A DNA stretch of 64,000 nt from Eledone cirrhosa. Its lineage: Eukaryota. Below, piece after piece: positions 26,041 to 38,700 of this stretch. Under the pieces are notes generated by a model. That model made no database searches, was not told the DNA's origin, and worked only from the letters and a program-made list of their open reading frames with translations. Position numbers and translations under genes: made by a program. The stretch is from contig OZ024741.1 of the NCBI GenBank assembly GCA_964016885.1, positions 210,800,001-210,864,000 on the forward strand. Direction: 5' to 3'. Every line of letters begins with the position of its first letter. Positions within the stretch are counted from its first letter, which is position 1.

Positions 26041-29000
26041 CTATCTCAGCCACAGTCCACGTATCTCAGCCACAGTCCACTGTCTCAGCCTCAATCCACT
26101 GTCTCAGCCACAGTCCACTGTCTCAGCCTCAATACACCTATCTCAGCCACAGTCCACTGTCTCAGCCACAGTCCACTGTCTCAGCCTCAGTCCACTATCT
26201 CAGCCACAGTCCACCTATCTCAGCCACAGTCCACTGTCTCAGCCACAGTCCACCTATCTCAGCCTCAGTCCACTGTCTCAGTCTCAGTCCACTGTCTCAG
26301 CCACAGTCCACTGTCTCAGCCTCAGTCCACCTATCTCAGCCACAGTCCACTTATCTCAGTCTCAGTCCACTGTCTCATCCTCAGTCAACCTATCTCAGCC
26401 ACAGTCCACTGTCTCAGCCTCAGTCCACTGTCTCAGCCACAGTCCACAGACTCAGCCTCAGTCCACCTATCTCAGTCTCAGTCCACCTATCTCAGTCTCA
26501 GTCCACCTATCTCAGCTTCAGTCCACCTATCTCAGCCACAGTCCACCTATCTCAGCCTCAGTCCACTGTCTCAGTCTCAGTCCACTGTCTCAGCCACAGT
26601 CCACTGTCTCAGCCACAGTCCACCTATCTCAGCCCCAGTCCACTGTCTCAGTCTCAGTCCACTGTCTCAGCCACAGTCCACCTATCTCAGTCTCAGTCCA
26701 CCTATCTCAGTCTCAGTCCACCTATCTCAGCCTCAGTCCACCTATCTCAGCCACAGTCCACCTATCTCAGCCACAGTCCACTGTCTCATCCTCAGTCAAC
26801 CTATCTCAGCCACAGTCCACAGTCTCAGCCTCAGTCCACCTATCTCAGCCACAGTCTCACTGTCTCAGCCTCAGTCCACTCTCTCAGCCACAGTCCACTT
26901 ATGTCAGTCTCAGTCCACTGTCTCAGCCACAGTCCACTGTCTCAGCCTCAGTCCACTGTCTCAGCCACAGTCCACAGTCTCAGCCTCAGTCCACCTATCT
27001 CAGTCTCAGTCCACCTATCTCAGTCTCAGTCCACCTATCTCAGCTTCAGTCCACCTATCTCAGCCACAGTCCACCTATCTCAGCCTCAGTCCACTGTCTC
27101 AGTCTCAGTCCACTCTCTCAGCCACAGTCCACTGTCTCAGCCACAGTCCACTGTCTCAGCCACAGTCCACCTATCTCAGCCACAGTCCACCTATCTCAGC
27201 CACAGACCACTTATCTCAGTCTCAGTCCACCTATCTCAGTCTCAGTCCACTGTCTCAGCCTCAGTCCACCTATCTCAGTCACAGTCCACCTATCTCAGTC
27301 TCAGTCCACTGTCTCAGCCACAGACCACTTATCTCAGTCTCAGTCCACCTATCTCAGCCTCAGTCCACCTATCTCAGCCACAGTCCACCTATCTCAGCCA
27401 GAGTCCACTGTCTCATCCTCAGTCAACCTATCTCAGCCACAGTCCACAGTCTCAGCCTCAGTCCACCTATCTCAGTCTCAGTCCACCTACCTCAGCCTCA
27501 GTCCACCTATCTCAGCCATAGTCCACCTATCTCAGCCACAGTCCACTGTCTCATCCTCAGTCAACCTATCTCAGCCACAGTCCACAGTCTCAGCCTCAGT
27601 CCACTGTCTCAGTCTCAGTCCACTGTCTCAGCCACAGTCCACTGTCTCAGCCTCAGTACACCTATCTCAGCCACAGTCCACTGTCTCAGCCTCAGTACAC
27701 CTATCTCAGTCTCAGTCCACTGTCTCAGCCACAGTCCACTGTCTCAGCCACAATCCACCTAACTCAGCCAGAGTCCACTGTCTCAGCCACAGTCCACTGT
27801 CTCAGCCTCAGTCCACTGTCTCAGCCTCAGTCCACCTATCTCAGCCACAGTCCACCTATCTCAGCCACAGTCCACTGTCTCAGCCTCAGTCCACCTATCT
27901 CAGCCACAGTCCACCTATCTCAGTCTCAGTCCACCTACCTCAGCCTCAGTCCACCTATCTCAGCCTCAGTCCACTGTCTCAGTCTCAGTCCACCTATCTC
28001 AGCCACAGTCCACCTATCTCAGTCTCAGTCCACCTACCTCAGCCTCAGTCCACCTATCTCAGCCTCAGTCCACTGTCTCAGTCTCAGTCCACCTATCTCA
28101 GCCACAGTCCACCTATCTCAGCCACAGTCCACTGTCTCAGCCACAGTCCACTGTCTCAGCCTCAGTTCACCTATCTCAGTCTCAGTCCACTGTCTCAGCC
28201 ACAGTCCACTTATCTCAGCCAGAGTCCACTGTCTCAGCCACAGTCCACTGTCTCAGTCTCAGTCCACCTATCTCAGTCTCAGTCCACCTATCTCAGTCTC
28301 AGTCCACTGTCTCAGCCACAGTCCACTGTCTCAGCATCAGTCCACCTATCTCAGCCTCAGTCCACTGTCTCAGCCACAGTCCACTTATCTCAGCCTCAGT
28401 CCACTGTCTCAGTCTCAGTCCACCTACCTCAGCCACAGTCCACTGTCTCAGCCTCAGTCCACTGTCTCAGCCTCAGTCCACTGTCTCAGCCTCAGTCCAC
28501 CGTCTCAGCCACAGTCCACTGTCTCAGCCTCAGTCCACCTATCTCAGCCTCAGTCCACCTATCTCAGCCTCAGTCCACCGTCTCAGCCACAGTCCACTGT
28601 CTCAGCCTCAGTCCACCTATCTCAGTCTCAGTCCACTGTCTCAGCCACAGTCCACTGTCTCAGTCTCAGTCCACTGTCTCAGCCTCAGTCCACTGTCTCA
28701 GCCTCAGTCCACTGTCTCAGTCTCAGTCCACCTTTCTCAGTCTCAGTCCACCTATCTCAGCCACAGTCCACTGCCTCAACCACAGTCCACCTATCTCAGT
28801 CTCAGGCCACTGTCTCAGCCACAGTCCACTGTCTCAGCCTCAGTCCACTGTCTCAGCCTCAGTCCACCTATCTCAACCACAGTCCACTGTCTCAGCCACA
28901 GTCCACTGTCTCTGCCTCAGTCCACTGTCTCAGCCACAGTCCACTTATCTCAGTCTCAGTCCACTGTCTCAGCCACAGTCCACTGTCTCAGTCTCAGTCC

Positions 29001-29369
29001 ACTGTCTCAACCACAGTCCACTGACTCAGCCACAGTCCACTGTCTCAGCCTCAGTACACCTATCTCTGCCACAGTCCACTGTCTCAGCCTCAGTCCACTG
29101 TCTCAGCCTCAGTCCACTGTCTCAGCCTCAGTCCACTCTCTCAGCCACAGTGCACTTATCTCAGTCTCAGTCCACTGTCTCAGCCACAGTCCACTGTCTC
29201 AGCCTCAGTCCACCTATCTCAGCCACAGTCCACTTATCTCAGTCTCAGTCCACTGTCTCATCCTCAGTCAACCTATCTCAGCCACAGTCCACTGTCTCAG
29301 GCTCAGTCCACCTATCTCAGTCTCAGTCCACCTATATCAGCTTCAGTCCACCTATCTCAGCCGCAGTCC

Positions 29370-30390
29370 ACCTATCTCAGCCTCAGTCCACTGTCTCAGT
29401 CTCAGTCCACTGTCTCAGCCACAGTCCACTGTCTCAGCCACAGTCCACCTATCTCAGCCTCAGTCCACTGTCTCAGTCTCAGTCCACTGTCTCAGCCACA
29501 GTCCACCTATCTCAGCCACAGTCCACCTATCTCAGCCACAGACCACTTATCTCAGTCTCAGTCCACCTATCTCAGTCTCAGTCCACTGTCTCAGCCTCAG
29601 TCCACCTATCTCAGTCACAGTCCACCTATCTCAGTCTCAGTCCACTGTCTCAGCCACAGACCACTTATCTCAGTCTCAGTCCACCTATCTCAGTCTCAGT
29701 CCACCTATCTCAGCCTCAGTCCACCTATCTCAGCCACAGTCCACCTATCTCAGCCACAGTCCACTGTCTCATCCTCAGTCAACCTATCTCAGCCACAGTC
29801 CACAGTCTCAGCCTCAGTCCACCTATCTCAGCCAGAGTCTCACTGTCTCAGCCTCAGTCCACTCTCTCAGCCACAGTCCACCTATCTCAGCCTCAGTCCA
29901 CTGTCTCAGTCTCAGTCCACTGTCTCAGCCACAGTCCACTGTCTCAGCCACAGTCCACCTATCTCAGCCTCAGTCCACTGTCTCAGTCTCAGTCCACTGT
30001 CTCAGCCACAGTCCACCTATCTCAGCCACAGTCCACCTATCTCAGCCACAGACCACTTATCTCAGTCTCAGTCCACCTATCTCAGTCTCAGTCCACTGTC
30101 TCAGCCTCAGTCCACCTATCTCAGTCACAGTCCACCTATCTCAGTCTCAGTCCACTGTCTCAGCCACAGACCACTTATCTCAGTCTCAGTCCACCTATCT
30201 CAGTCTCAGTCCACCTATCTCAGCCTCAGTCCACCTATCTCAGCCACAGTCCACCTATCTCAGCCACAGTCCACTGTCTCATCCTCAGTCAACCTATCTC
30301 AGCCACAGTCCACAGTCTCAGCCTCAGTCCACCTATCTCAGCCACAGTCTCACTGTCTCAGCCTCAGTCCACTCTCTCAGCCACAGTCCA
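29370..30390 (+). repeat. 510-bp (26-monomer) tandem pair nested in larger units; recurs at ~34510, ~44830, ~51200, ~55640
   Basis: GACCACTTA 29541/30051 and GTCTCACTG 29837/30347. The first copy always carries CCAGAGTCTCAC and the second CCACAGTCTCAC. Confidence 0.85.
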
Positions 30391-32104
30391 CTTATCTCAG
30401 TCTCAGTCCACTGTCTCAGCCACAGTCCACTGTCTCAGCCTCAGTCCACCTATCTCAGCCACAGTCCACTTATCTCAGTCTCAGTCCACTGTCTCATCCT
30501 CAGTCAACCTATCTCAGCCACAGTCCACTGTCTCAGCCTCAGTCCACTGTCTCAGCCACAGTCCACAGTCTCAGCCTCAGTCCGCCTATCTCAGTCTCAG
30601 TCCACCTATCTCAGTCTCAGTCCACCTATCTCAGCTTCAGTCCACCTATCTCAGCCACAGTCCACCTATCTCAGCCTCAGTCCACTGTCTCAGTCTCAGT
30701 CCACTGTCTCAGCCACAGTCCACCTATCTCAGCCTCAGTCCACTGTCTCAGTCTCAGTCCACTGTCTCAGCCACAGTCCACCTATCTCAGCCACAGTCCA
30801 CCTATCTCAGCCACAGACCACTTATCTCAGTCTCAGTCCACCTATCTCAGTCTCAGTCCACTGTCTCAGCCTCAGTCCACCTATCTCAGTCACAGTCCAC
30901 CTATCTCAGTCTCAGTCCACTGTCTCAGCCACAGACCACTTATCTCAGTCTCAGTCCACCTATCTCAGCCTCAGTCCACCTATCTCAGCCACAGTCCACC
31001 TATCTCAGCCACAGTGCACTGTCTCATCCTCAGTCAACCTATCTCAGCCACAGACCACAGTCTCAGCCTCAGTCCACCTATCTCAGTCTCAGTCCACCTA
31101 CCTCAGCCTCAGTCCACCTATCTCAGCCATAGTCCACCTATCTCAGCCACAGTCCACTGTCTCATCCTCAGTCAACCTATCTCAGCCTCAGTCCACTGTC
31201 TCAGTCTCAGTCCACTGTCTCAGCCACAGTCCACTGTCTCAGCCTCAGTACACCTATCTCAGCCACAGTCCACTGTCTAAGCCTCAGTACACCTATCTCA
31301 GTCTCAGTCCACTGTCTCAGCCACAGTCCAGTGTCTCAGCCACAATCCACCTAACTCAGCCAGAGTCCACTGTCTCAGCCACAGTCCACTGTCTCAGCCT
31401 CAGTCCACTGTGTCAGCCTCAGTCCACCTATCTCAGCCACAGTCCACCTATCTCAGCCACAGTCCACTGTCTCAGCCTCAGTCCACCTATCTCAGCCACA
31501 GTCCACCTATCTCAGTCTCAGTCCACCTACCTCAGCCTCAGTCCACCTATCTCAGCCACAGTCCACGTATCTCAGCCACAGTCCACTATCTCAGCCTCAG
31601 TCCACTGTCTCAGTCTCAGTCCACAGTCTCAGCCACAGTCCACTGTCTCAGCCACAGTCCACCTATCTCAGCCACAGTCCACTGTCTCAGCCTCAGTCCA
31701 CCTATCTCAGCCACAGTCCACCTATCTCAGCCACAGTCCACTGTCTCAGCCTCAGTCCACCTATCTCAGCCACAGTCCACCTATCTCAGCCACAGTCCAC
31801 TGTCTCAGCCACAGTCCATTGTCTCAGCCTCAGTCCACTGTCTCAGCCTCAGTACACCTATCTCAGCCACAGTCCACTGTCTCAGCCTCAGTCCACCTAT
31901 CTCAGCCACAGTCCACCTATCTCAGCGACAGTCCACTGTCTCAGCCACAGTCCACTGTCTCAGCCTCAGTCCACTGTCTCAGCCTCAGTCCACCTATCTC
32001 AGCCACAGTCCACTGTCTCAGCCACAGTCCACTGTCTCAGCCTCAGTTCACTGTCTCAGCCACAGTCCACTGTCTCAGCTACAGTCCACTGTCTGAGCCA
32101 CAGT

Positions 32105-32700
32105 CCATTGTCTCAGCCTCAGTCCACTGTCTCAGCCTCAGTACACCTATCTCAGCCACAGTCCACTGTCTCAGCCTCAGTCCACCTATCTCAGCCACAG
32201 TCCACCTATCTCAGCCACAGTCCACTGTCTCAGCCACAGTCCATTGTCTCAGCCTCAGTCCACTGTCTCATCCTCAGTACACCTATCACAGCCACAGTCC
32301 ACTGTCTCAGCCTCAGTCCACCTATCTCAGCCACAGTCCACCTATCTCAGCCACAGTCCACTGTCTCAGCCACAGTCCATTGTCTCAGCCTCAGTCCACC
32401 GTCTCAGCCTCAGTACACCTATCTCAGCCACAGTCCACTGTCTCAGCCTCAGTCCACCTATCTCAGCCACAGTCCACCTATCTCAGCCACAGTCCACTGT
32501 CTCAGCCACAGTCCATTGTCTCAGCCTCAGTCCACTGTCTCATCCTCAGTACACCTATCACAGCCACAGTCCACTGTCTCAGCCTCAGTCCACCTATCTC
32601 AGCCACAGTCCACCTATCTCAGCCACAGTCCACTGTCTCAGCCACAGTCCATTGTCTCAGCCTCAGTCCACCGTCTCAGCCTCAGTACACCTATCTCAGC
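32105..32700 (+). repeat. 136-bp (7-monomer) higher-order repeat, locally expanded
   Basis: CCATTG marker at 32105, 32241, 32377, 32513, 32649; 136 = 4x19 + 3x20. Confidence 0.88.
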
Positions 32701-35700
32701 CAGAGTCCACCGTCTCAGCCACAGTCCACTGTCTCAGCCACAGTCCACTGTCTCAGTCTCATTCCACTGTCTCAGCCTCAGTCCACCTATCTCAGTCTCA
32801 GTCCACTGTCTCTGCCTCAGTCCACCTATCTCAGTCACAGTCCACTGTCTCAGCCACAGTCCACTGTCTCAGCCACAGTCCACCTATCTCAGCCACAGTC
32901 CACCTATCTCAGCCACAGTCCACTTATCTCAGTCTCAGTCCACTGTCTCAGCCACAGTCCACTGTCTCAGCCTCAGTCCACTGTCTTAGCCTCAGTCCAC
33001 CTATCTCAGTCTCAGTTCACTGTCTCAGCCACAGTCCACTGTCTCTATCTCGGTCCACCTATCTCAGCCACAGTCCACTGTCTCAGCCACAGTCCACTGT
33101 CTCAGCCACAGTCCACTGTCTCAGCTACAGTCCACTGTCTCAGCCACAGTCCACTGTCTCAGCCTCAGTCCACTGTCTCAGCCACAGTCCACTTATCTCA
33201 GCCTCAGTCCACTGTCTCAGTCTCAGTCCACCTATCTCAGCCACAGTCCACTTATCTCAGCCACAGTCCACTGTCTCAGCCTCAGTCCACTGTCTCAGCC
33301 ACAGTCCACTGTCTCAGCCACAGACCACTTATCTCAGTCGCAGTCCACCTATCTCAGCCACAGTCCACTTATCTCAGTCTCAGTCCACTGTCTCAGCCAC
33401 AGTCCACTGTCTCATCCTCAGTCCACCTATCTCAGCCACAGTCCACAGTCTCAGCCTCAGTCCACCTACCTCAGCCTCAGTCCACCTATCTCAGCCACAG
33501 TCCACGTATCTCAGCCACAGTCCACTGTCTCAGCCTCAGTCCACTGTCTCAGCCACAGTCCACTGTCTCAGCCTCAATACACCTATCTCAGCCACAGTCC
33601 ACTGTCTCAGCCACAGTCCACCGTCTCAGCCACAGTCCACTGTCTCAGCCTCAGTCCACCTATCTCAGCCTCAGTCCACCTATCTCAGCCTCAGTCCACC
33701 GTCTCAGCCACAGTCCACTGTCTCAGCCTCAGTCCACCTATCTCAGTCTCAGTCCACTGTCTCAGCCACAGTCCACTGTCTCAGTCTCAGTCCACTGTCT
33801 CAGCCTCAGTCCACTGTCTCAGCCTCAGTCCACTGTCTCAGTCTCAGTCCACCTTTCTCAGTCTCAGTCCACCTATCTCAGCCACAGTCCACTGCCTCAA
33901 CCACAGTCCACTGTCTCAGTCTCAGTCCACCTATCTCAGTCTCAGGCCACTGTCTCAGCCACAGTCCACTGTCTCAGCCTCAGTCCACTGTCTCAGCCTC
34001 AGTCCACCTATCTCAACCACAGTCCACTGTCTCAGCCACAGTCCACTGTCTCTGCCTCAGTCCACTGTCTCAGCCACAGTCCACTTATCTCAGTCTCAGT
34101 CCACTGTCTCAGCCACAGTCCACTGTCTCAGTCTCAGTCCACTGTCTCAACCACAGTCCACTGACTCAGCCACAGTCCACTGTCTCAGCCTCAGTACACC
34201 TATCTCTGCCACAGTCCACTGTCTCAGCCTCAGTCCACTGTCTCAGCCTCAGTCCACTGTCTCAGCCTCAGTCCACTCTCTCAGCCACAGTGCACTTATC
34301 TCAGTCTCAGTCCACTGTCTCAGCCACAGTCCACTGTCTCAGCCTCAGTCCACCTATCTCAGCCACAGTCCACTTATCTCAGTCTCAGTCCACTGTCTCA
34401 TCCTCAGTCAACCTATCTCAGCCACAGTCCACTGTCTCAGGCTCAGTCCACCTATCTCAGTCTCAGTCCACCTATATCAGCTTCAGTCCACCTATCTCAG
34501 CCGCAGTCCACCTATCTCAGCCTCAGTCCACTGTCTCAGTCTCAGTCCACTGTCTCAGCCACAGTCCACTGTCTCAGCCACAGTCCACCTATCTCAGCCT
34601 CAGTCCACTGTCTCAGTCTCAGTCCACTGTCTCAGCCACAGTCCACCTATCTCAGCCACAGTCCACCTATCTCAGCCACAGACCACTTATCTCAGTCTCA
34701 GTCCACCTATCTCAGTCTCAGTCCACTGTCTCAGCCTCAGTCCACCTATCTCAGTCACAGTCCACCTATCTCAGTCTCAGTCCACTGTCTCAGCCACAGA
34801 CCACTTATCTCAGTCTCAGTCCACCTATCTCAGTCTCAGTCCACCTATCTCAGCCTCAGTCCACCTATCTCAGCCACAGTCCACCTATCTCAGCCACAGT
34901 CCACTGTCTCATCCTCAGTCAACCTATCTCAGCCACAGTCCACAGTCTCAGCCTCAGTCCACCTATCTCAGCCAGAGTCTCACTGTCTCAGCCTCAGTCC
35001 ACTCTCTCAGCCACAGTCCACCTATCTCAGCCTCAGTCCACTGTCTCAGTCTCAGTCCACTGTCTCAGCCACAGTCCACTGTCTCAGCCACAGTCCACCT
35101 ATCTCAGCCTCAGTCCACTGTCTCAGTCTCAGTCCACTGTCTCAGCCACAGTCCACCTATCTCAGCCACAGTCCACCTATCTCAGCCACAGACCACTTAT
35201 CTCAGTCTCAGTCCACCTATCTCAGTCTCAGTCCACTGTCTCAGCCTCAGTCCACCTATCTCAGTCACAGTCCACCTATCTCAGTCTCAGTCCACTGTCT
35301 CAGCCACAGACCACTTATCTCAGTCTCAGTCCACCTATCTCAGTCTCAGTCCACCTATCTCAGCCTCAGTCCACCTATCTCAGCCACAGTCCACCTATCT
35401 CAGCCACAGTCCACTGTCTCATCCTCAGTCAACCTATCTCAGCCACAGTCCACAGTCTCAGCCTCAGTCCACCTATCTCAGCCACAGTCTCACTGTCTCA
35501 GCCTCAGTCCACTCTCTCAGCCACAGTCCACTTATCTCAGTCTCAGTCCACTGTCTCAGCCACAGTCCACTGTCTCAGCCTCAGTCCACCTATCTCAGCC
35601 ACAGTCCACTTATCTCAGTCTCAGTCCACTGTCTCATCCTCAGTCAACCTATCTCAGCCACAGTCCACTGTCTCAGCCTCAGTCCACTGTCTCAGCCACA

Positions 35701-38700
35701 GTCCACAGTCTCAGCCTCAGTCCGCCTATCTCAGTCTCAGTCCACCTATCTCAGTCTCAGTCCACCTATCTCAGCTTCAGTCCACCTATCTCAGCCACAG
35801 TCCACCTATCTCAGCCTCAGTCCACTGTCTCAGTCTCAGTCCACTGTCTCAGCCACAGTCCACCTATCTCAGCCTCAGTCCACTGTCTCAGTCTCAGTCC
35901 ACTGTCTCAGCCACAGTCCACCTATCTCAGCCACAGTCCACCTATCTCAGCCACAGACCACTTATCTCAGTCTCAGTCCACCTATCTCAGTCTCAGTCCA
36001 CTGTCTCAGCCTCAGTCCACCTATCTCAGTCACAGTCCACCTATCTCAGTCTCAGTCCACTGTCTCAGCCACAGACCACTTATCTCAGTCTCAGTCCACC
36101 TATCTCAGCCTCAGTCCACCTATCTCAGCCACAGTCCACCTATCTCAGCCACAGTGCACTGTCTCATCCTCAGTCAACCTATCTCAGCCACAGACCACAG
36201 TCTCAGCCTCAGTCCACCTATCTCAGTCTCAGTCCACCTACCTCAGCCTCAGTCCACCTATCTCAGCCATAGTCCACCTATCTCAGCCACAGTCCACTGT
36301 CTCATCCTCAGTCAACCTATCTCAGCCTCAGTCCACTGTCTCAGTCTCAGTCCACTGTCTCAGCCACAGTCCACTGTCTCAGCCTCAGTACACCTATCTC
36401 AGCCACAGTCCACTGTCTCAGCCTCAGTACACCTATCTCAGTCTCAGTCCACTGTCTCAGCCACAGTCCAGTGTCTCAGCCACAATCCACCTAACTCAGC
36501 CAGAGTCCACTGTCTCAGCCACAGTCCACTGTCTCAGCCTCAGTCCACTGTGTCAGCCTCAGTCCACCTATCTCAGCCACAGTCCACCTATCTCAGCCAC
36601 AGTCCACTGTCTCAGCCTCAGTCCACCTATCTCAGCCACAGTCCACCTATCTCAGTCTCAGTCCACCTACCTCAGCCTCAGTCCACCTATCTCAGCCACA
36701 GTCCACGTATCTCAGCCACAGTCCACTATCTCAGCCTCAGTCCACTGTCTCAGTCTCAGTCCACAGTCTCAGCCACAGTCCACTGTCTCAGCCACAGTCC
36801 ACCTATCTCAGCCACAGTCCACTGTCTCAGCCTCACTCCACCTATCTCAGCCACAGTCCACCTATCTCAGCCACAGTCCACTGTCTCAGCCTCAGTCCAC
36901 CTATCTCAGCCACAGTCCACCTATCTCAGCCACAGTCCACTGTCTCAGCCACAGTCCATTGTCTCAGCCTCAGTCCACTGTCTCAGCCTCAGTACACCTA
37001 TCTCAGCCACAGTCCACTGTCTCAGCCTCAGTCCACCTATCTCAGCCACAGTCCACCTATCTCAGCGACAGTCCACTGTCTCAGCCACAGTCCACTGTCT
37101 CAGCCTCAGTCCACTGTCTCAGCCTCAGTCCACCTATCTCAGCCACAGTCCACTGTCTCAGCCACAGTCCACTGTCTCAGCCTCAGTTCACTGTCTCAGC
37201 CACAGTCCACTGTCTCAGCTACAGTCCACTGTCTGAGCCACAGTCCATTGTCTCAGCCTCAGTCCACTGTCTCAGCCTCAGTACACCTATCTCAGCCACA
37301 GTCCACTGTCTCAGCCTCAGTCCACCTATCTCAGCCACAGTCCACCTATCTCAGCCACAGTCCACTGTCTCAGCCACAGTCCATTGTCTCAGCCTCAGTC
37401 CACTGTCTCATCCTCAGTACACCTATCACAGCCACAGTCCACTGTCTCAGCCTCAGTCCACCTATCTCAGCCACAGTCCACCTATCTCAGCCACAGTCCA
37501 CTGTCTCAGCCACAGTCCATTGTCTCAGCCTCAGTCCACCGTCTCAGCCTCAGTACACCTATCTCAGCCACAGTCCACTGTCTCAGCCACAATCCACCTA
37601 TCTCAGCCAGAGTCCACCGTCTCAGCCACAGTCCACTGTCTCAGCCACAGTCCACTGTCTCAGTCTCATTCCACTGTCTCAGCCTCAGTCCACCTATCTC
37701 AGTCTCAGTCCACTGTCTCTGCCTCAGTCCACCTATCTCAGTCACAGTCCACTGTCTCAGCCACAGTCCACTGTCTCAGCCACAGTCCACCTATCTCAGC
37801 CACAGTCCACCTATCTCAGCCACAGTCCACTTATCTCAGTCTCAGTCCACTGTCTCAGCCACAGTCCACTGTCTCAGCCTCAGTCCACTGTCTTAGCCTC
37901 AGTCCACTGTCTCAGCTACAGTCCACTGTCTCAGCCACAGTCCACTGTCTCTATCTCGGTCCACCTATCTCAGCCACAGTCCACTGTCTCAGCCACAGTC
38001 CACTGTCTCAGCCACAGTCCACTGTCTCAGCTACAGTCCACTGTCTCAGCCACAGTCCACTGTCTCAGCCTCAGTCCACTGTCTCAGCCACAGTCCACTT
38101 ATCTCAGCCTCAGTCCACTGTCTCAGTCTCAGTCCACCTATCTCAGCCACAGTCCACTTATCTCAGCCACAGTCCACTGTCTCAGCCTCAGTCCACTGTC
38201 TCAGCCACAGTCCACTGTCTCAGCCACAGACCACTTATCTCAGTCGCAGTCCACCTATCTCAGCCACAGTCCACTTATCTCAGTCTCAGTCCACTGTCTC
38301 AGCCACAGTCCACTGTCTCATCCTCAGTCCACCTATCTCAGCCACAGTCCACAGTCTCAGCCTCAGTCCACCTACCTCAGCCTCAGTCCACCTATCTCAG
38401 CCACAGTCCACGTATCTCAGCCACAGTCCACTGTCTCAGCCTCAGTCCACTGTCTCAGCCACAGTCCACTGTCTCAGCCTCAATACACCTATCTCAGCCA
38501 CAGTCCACTGTCTCAGCCACAGTCCACTGTCTCAGCCTCAGTCCACTGTCTCAGCCACAGTCCACCTATCTCAGCCACAGTCCACTGTCTCAGCCACAGT
38601 CCACCTATCTCAGCCTCAGTCCACTGTCTCAGTCTCAGTCCACTGTCTCAGCCACAGTCCACTGTCTCAGCCTCAGTCCACCTATCTCAGCCACAGTCCA

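Larger units (their letters stand above)
28490..38520 (+). repeat. Tandem duplication, ~5140-bp offset
   Basis: Markers GTGCACTTA 29150/34290, CCAGTGTC 31328/36468, AATCCACCTAACT 31344/36484; ORF starts 31014/36154 and 31819/36959. Offset falls to 4906 distally (TATCTCGG 33046/37952). Confidence 0.85.
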
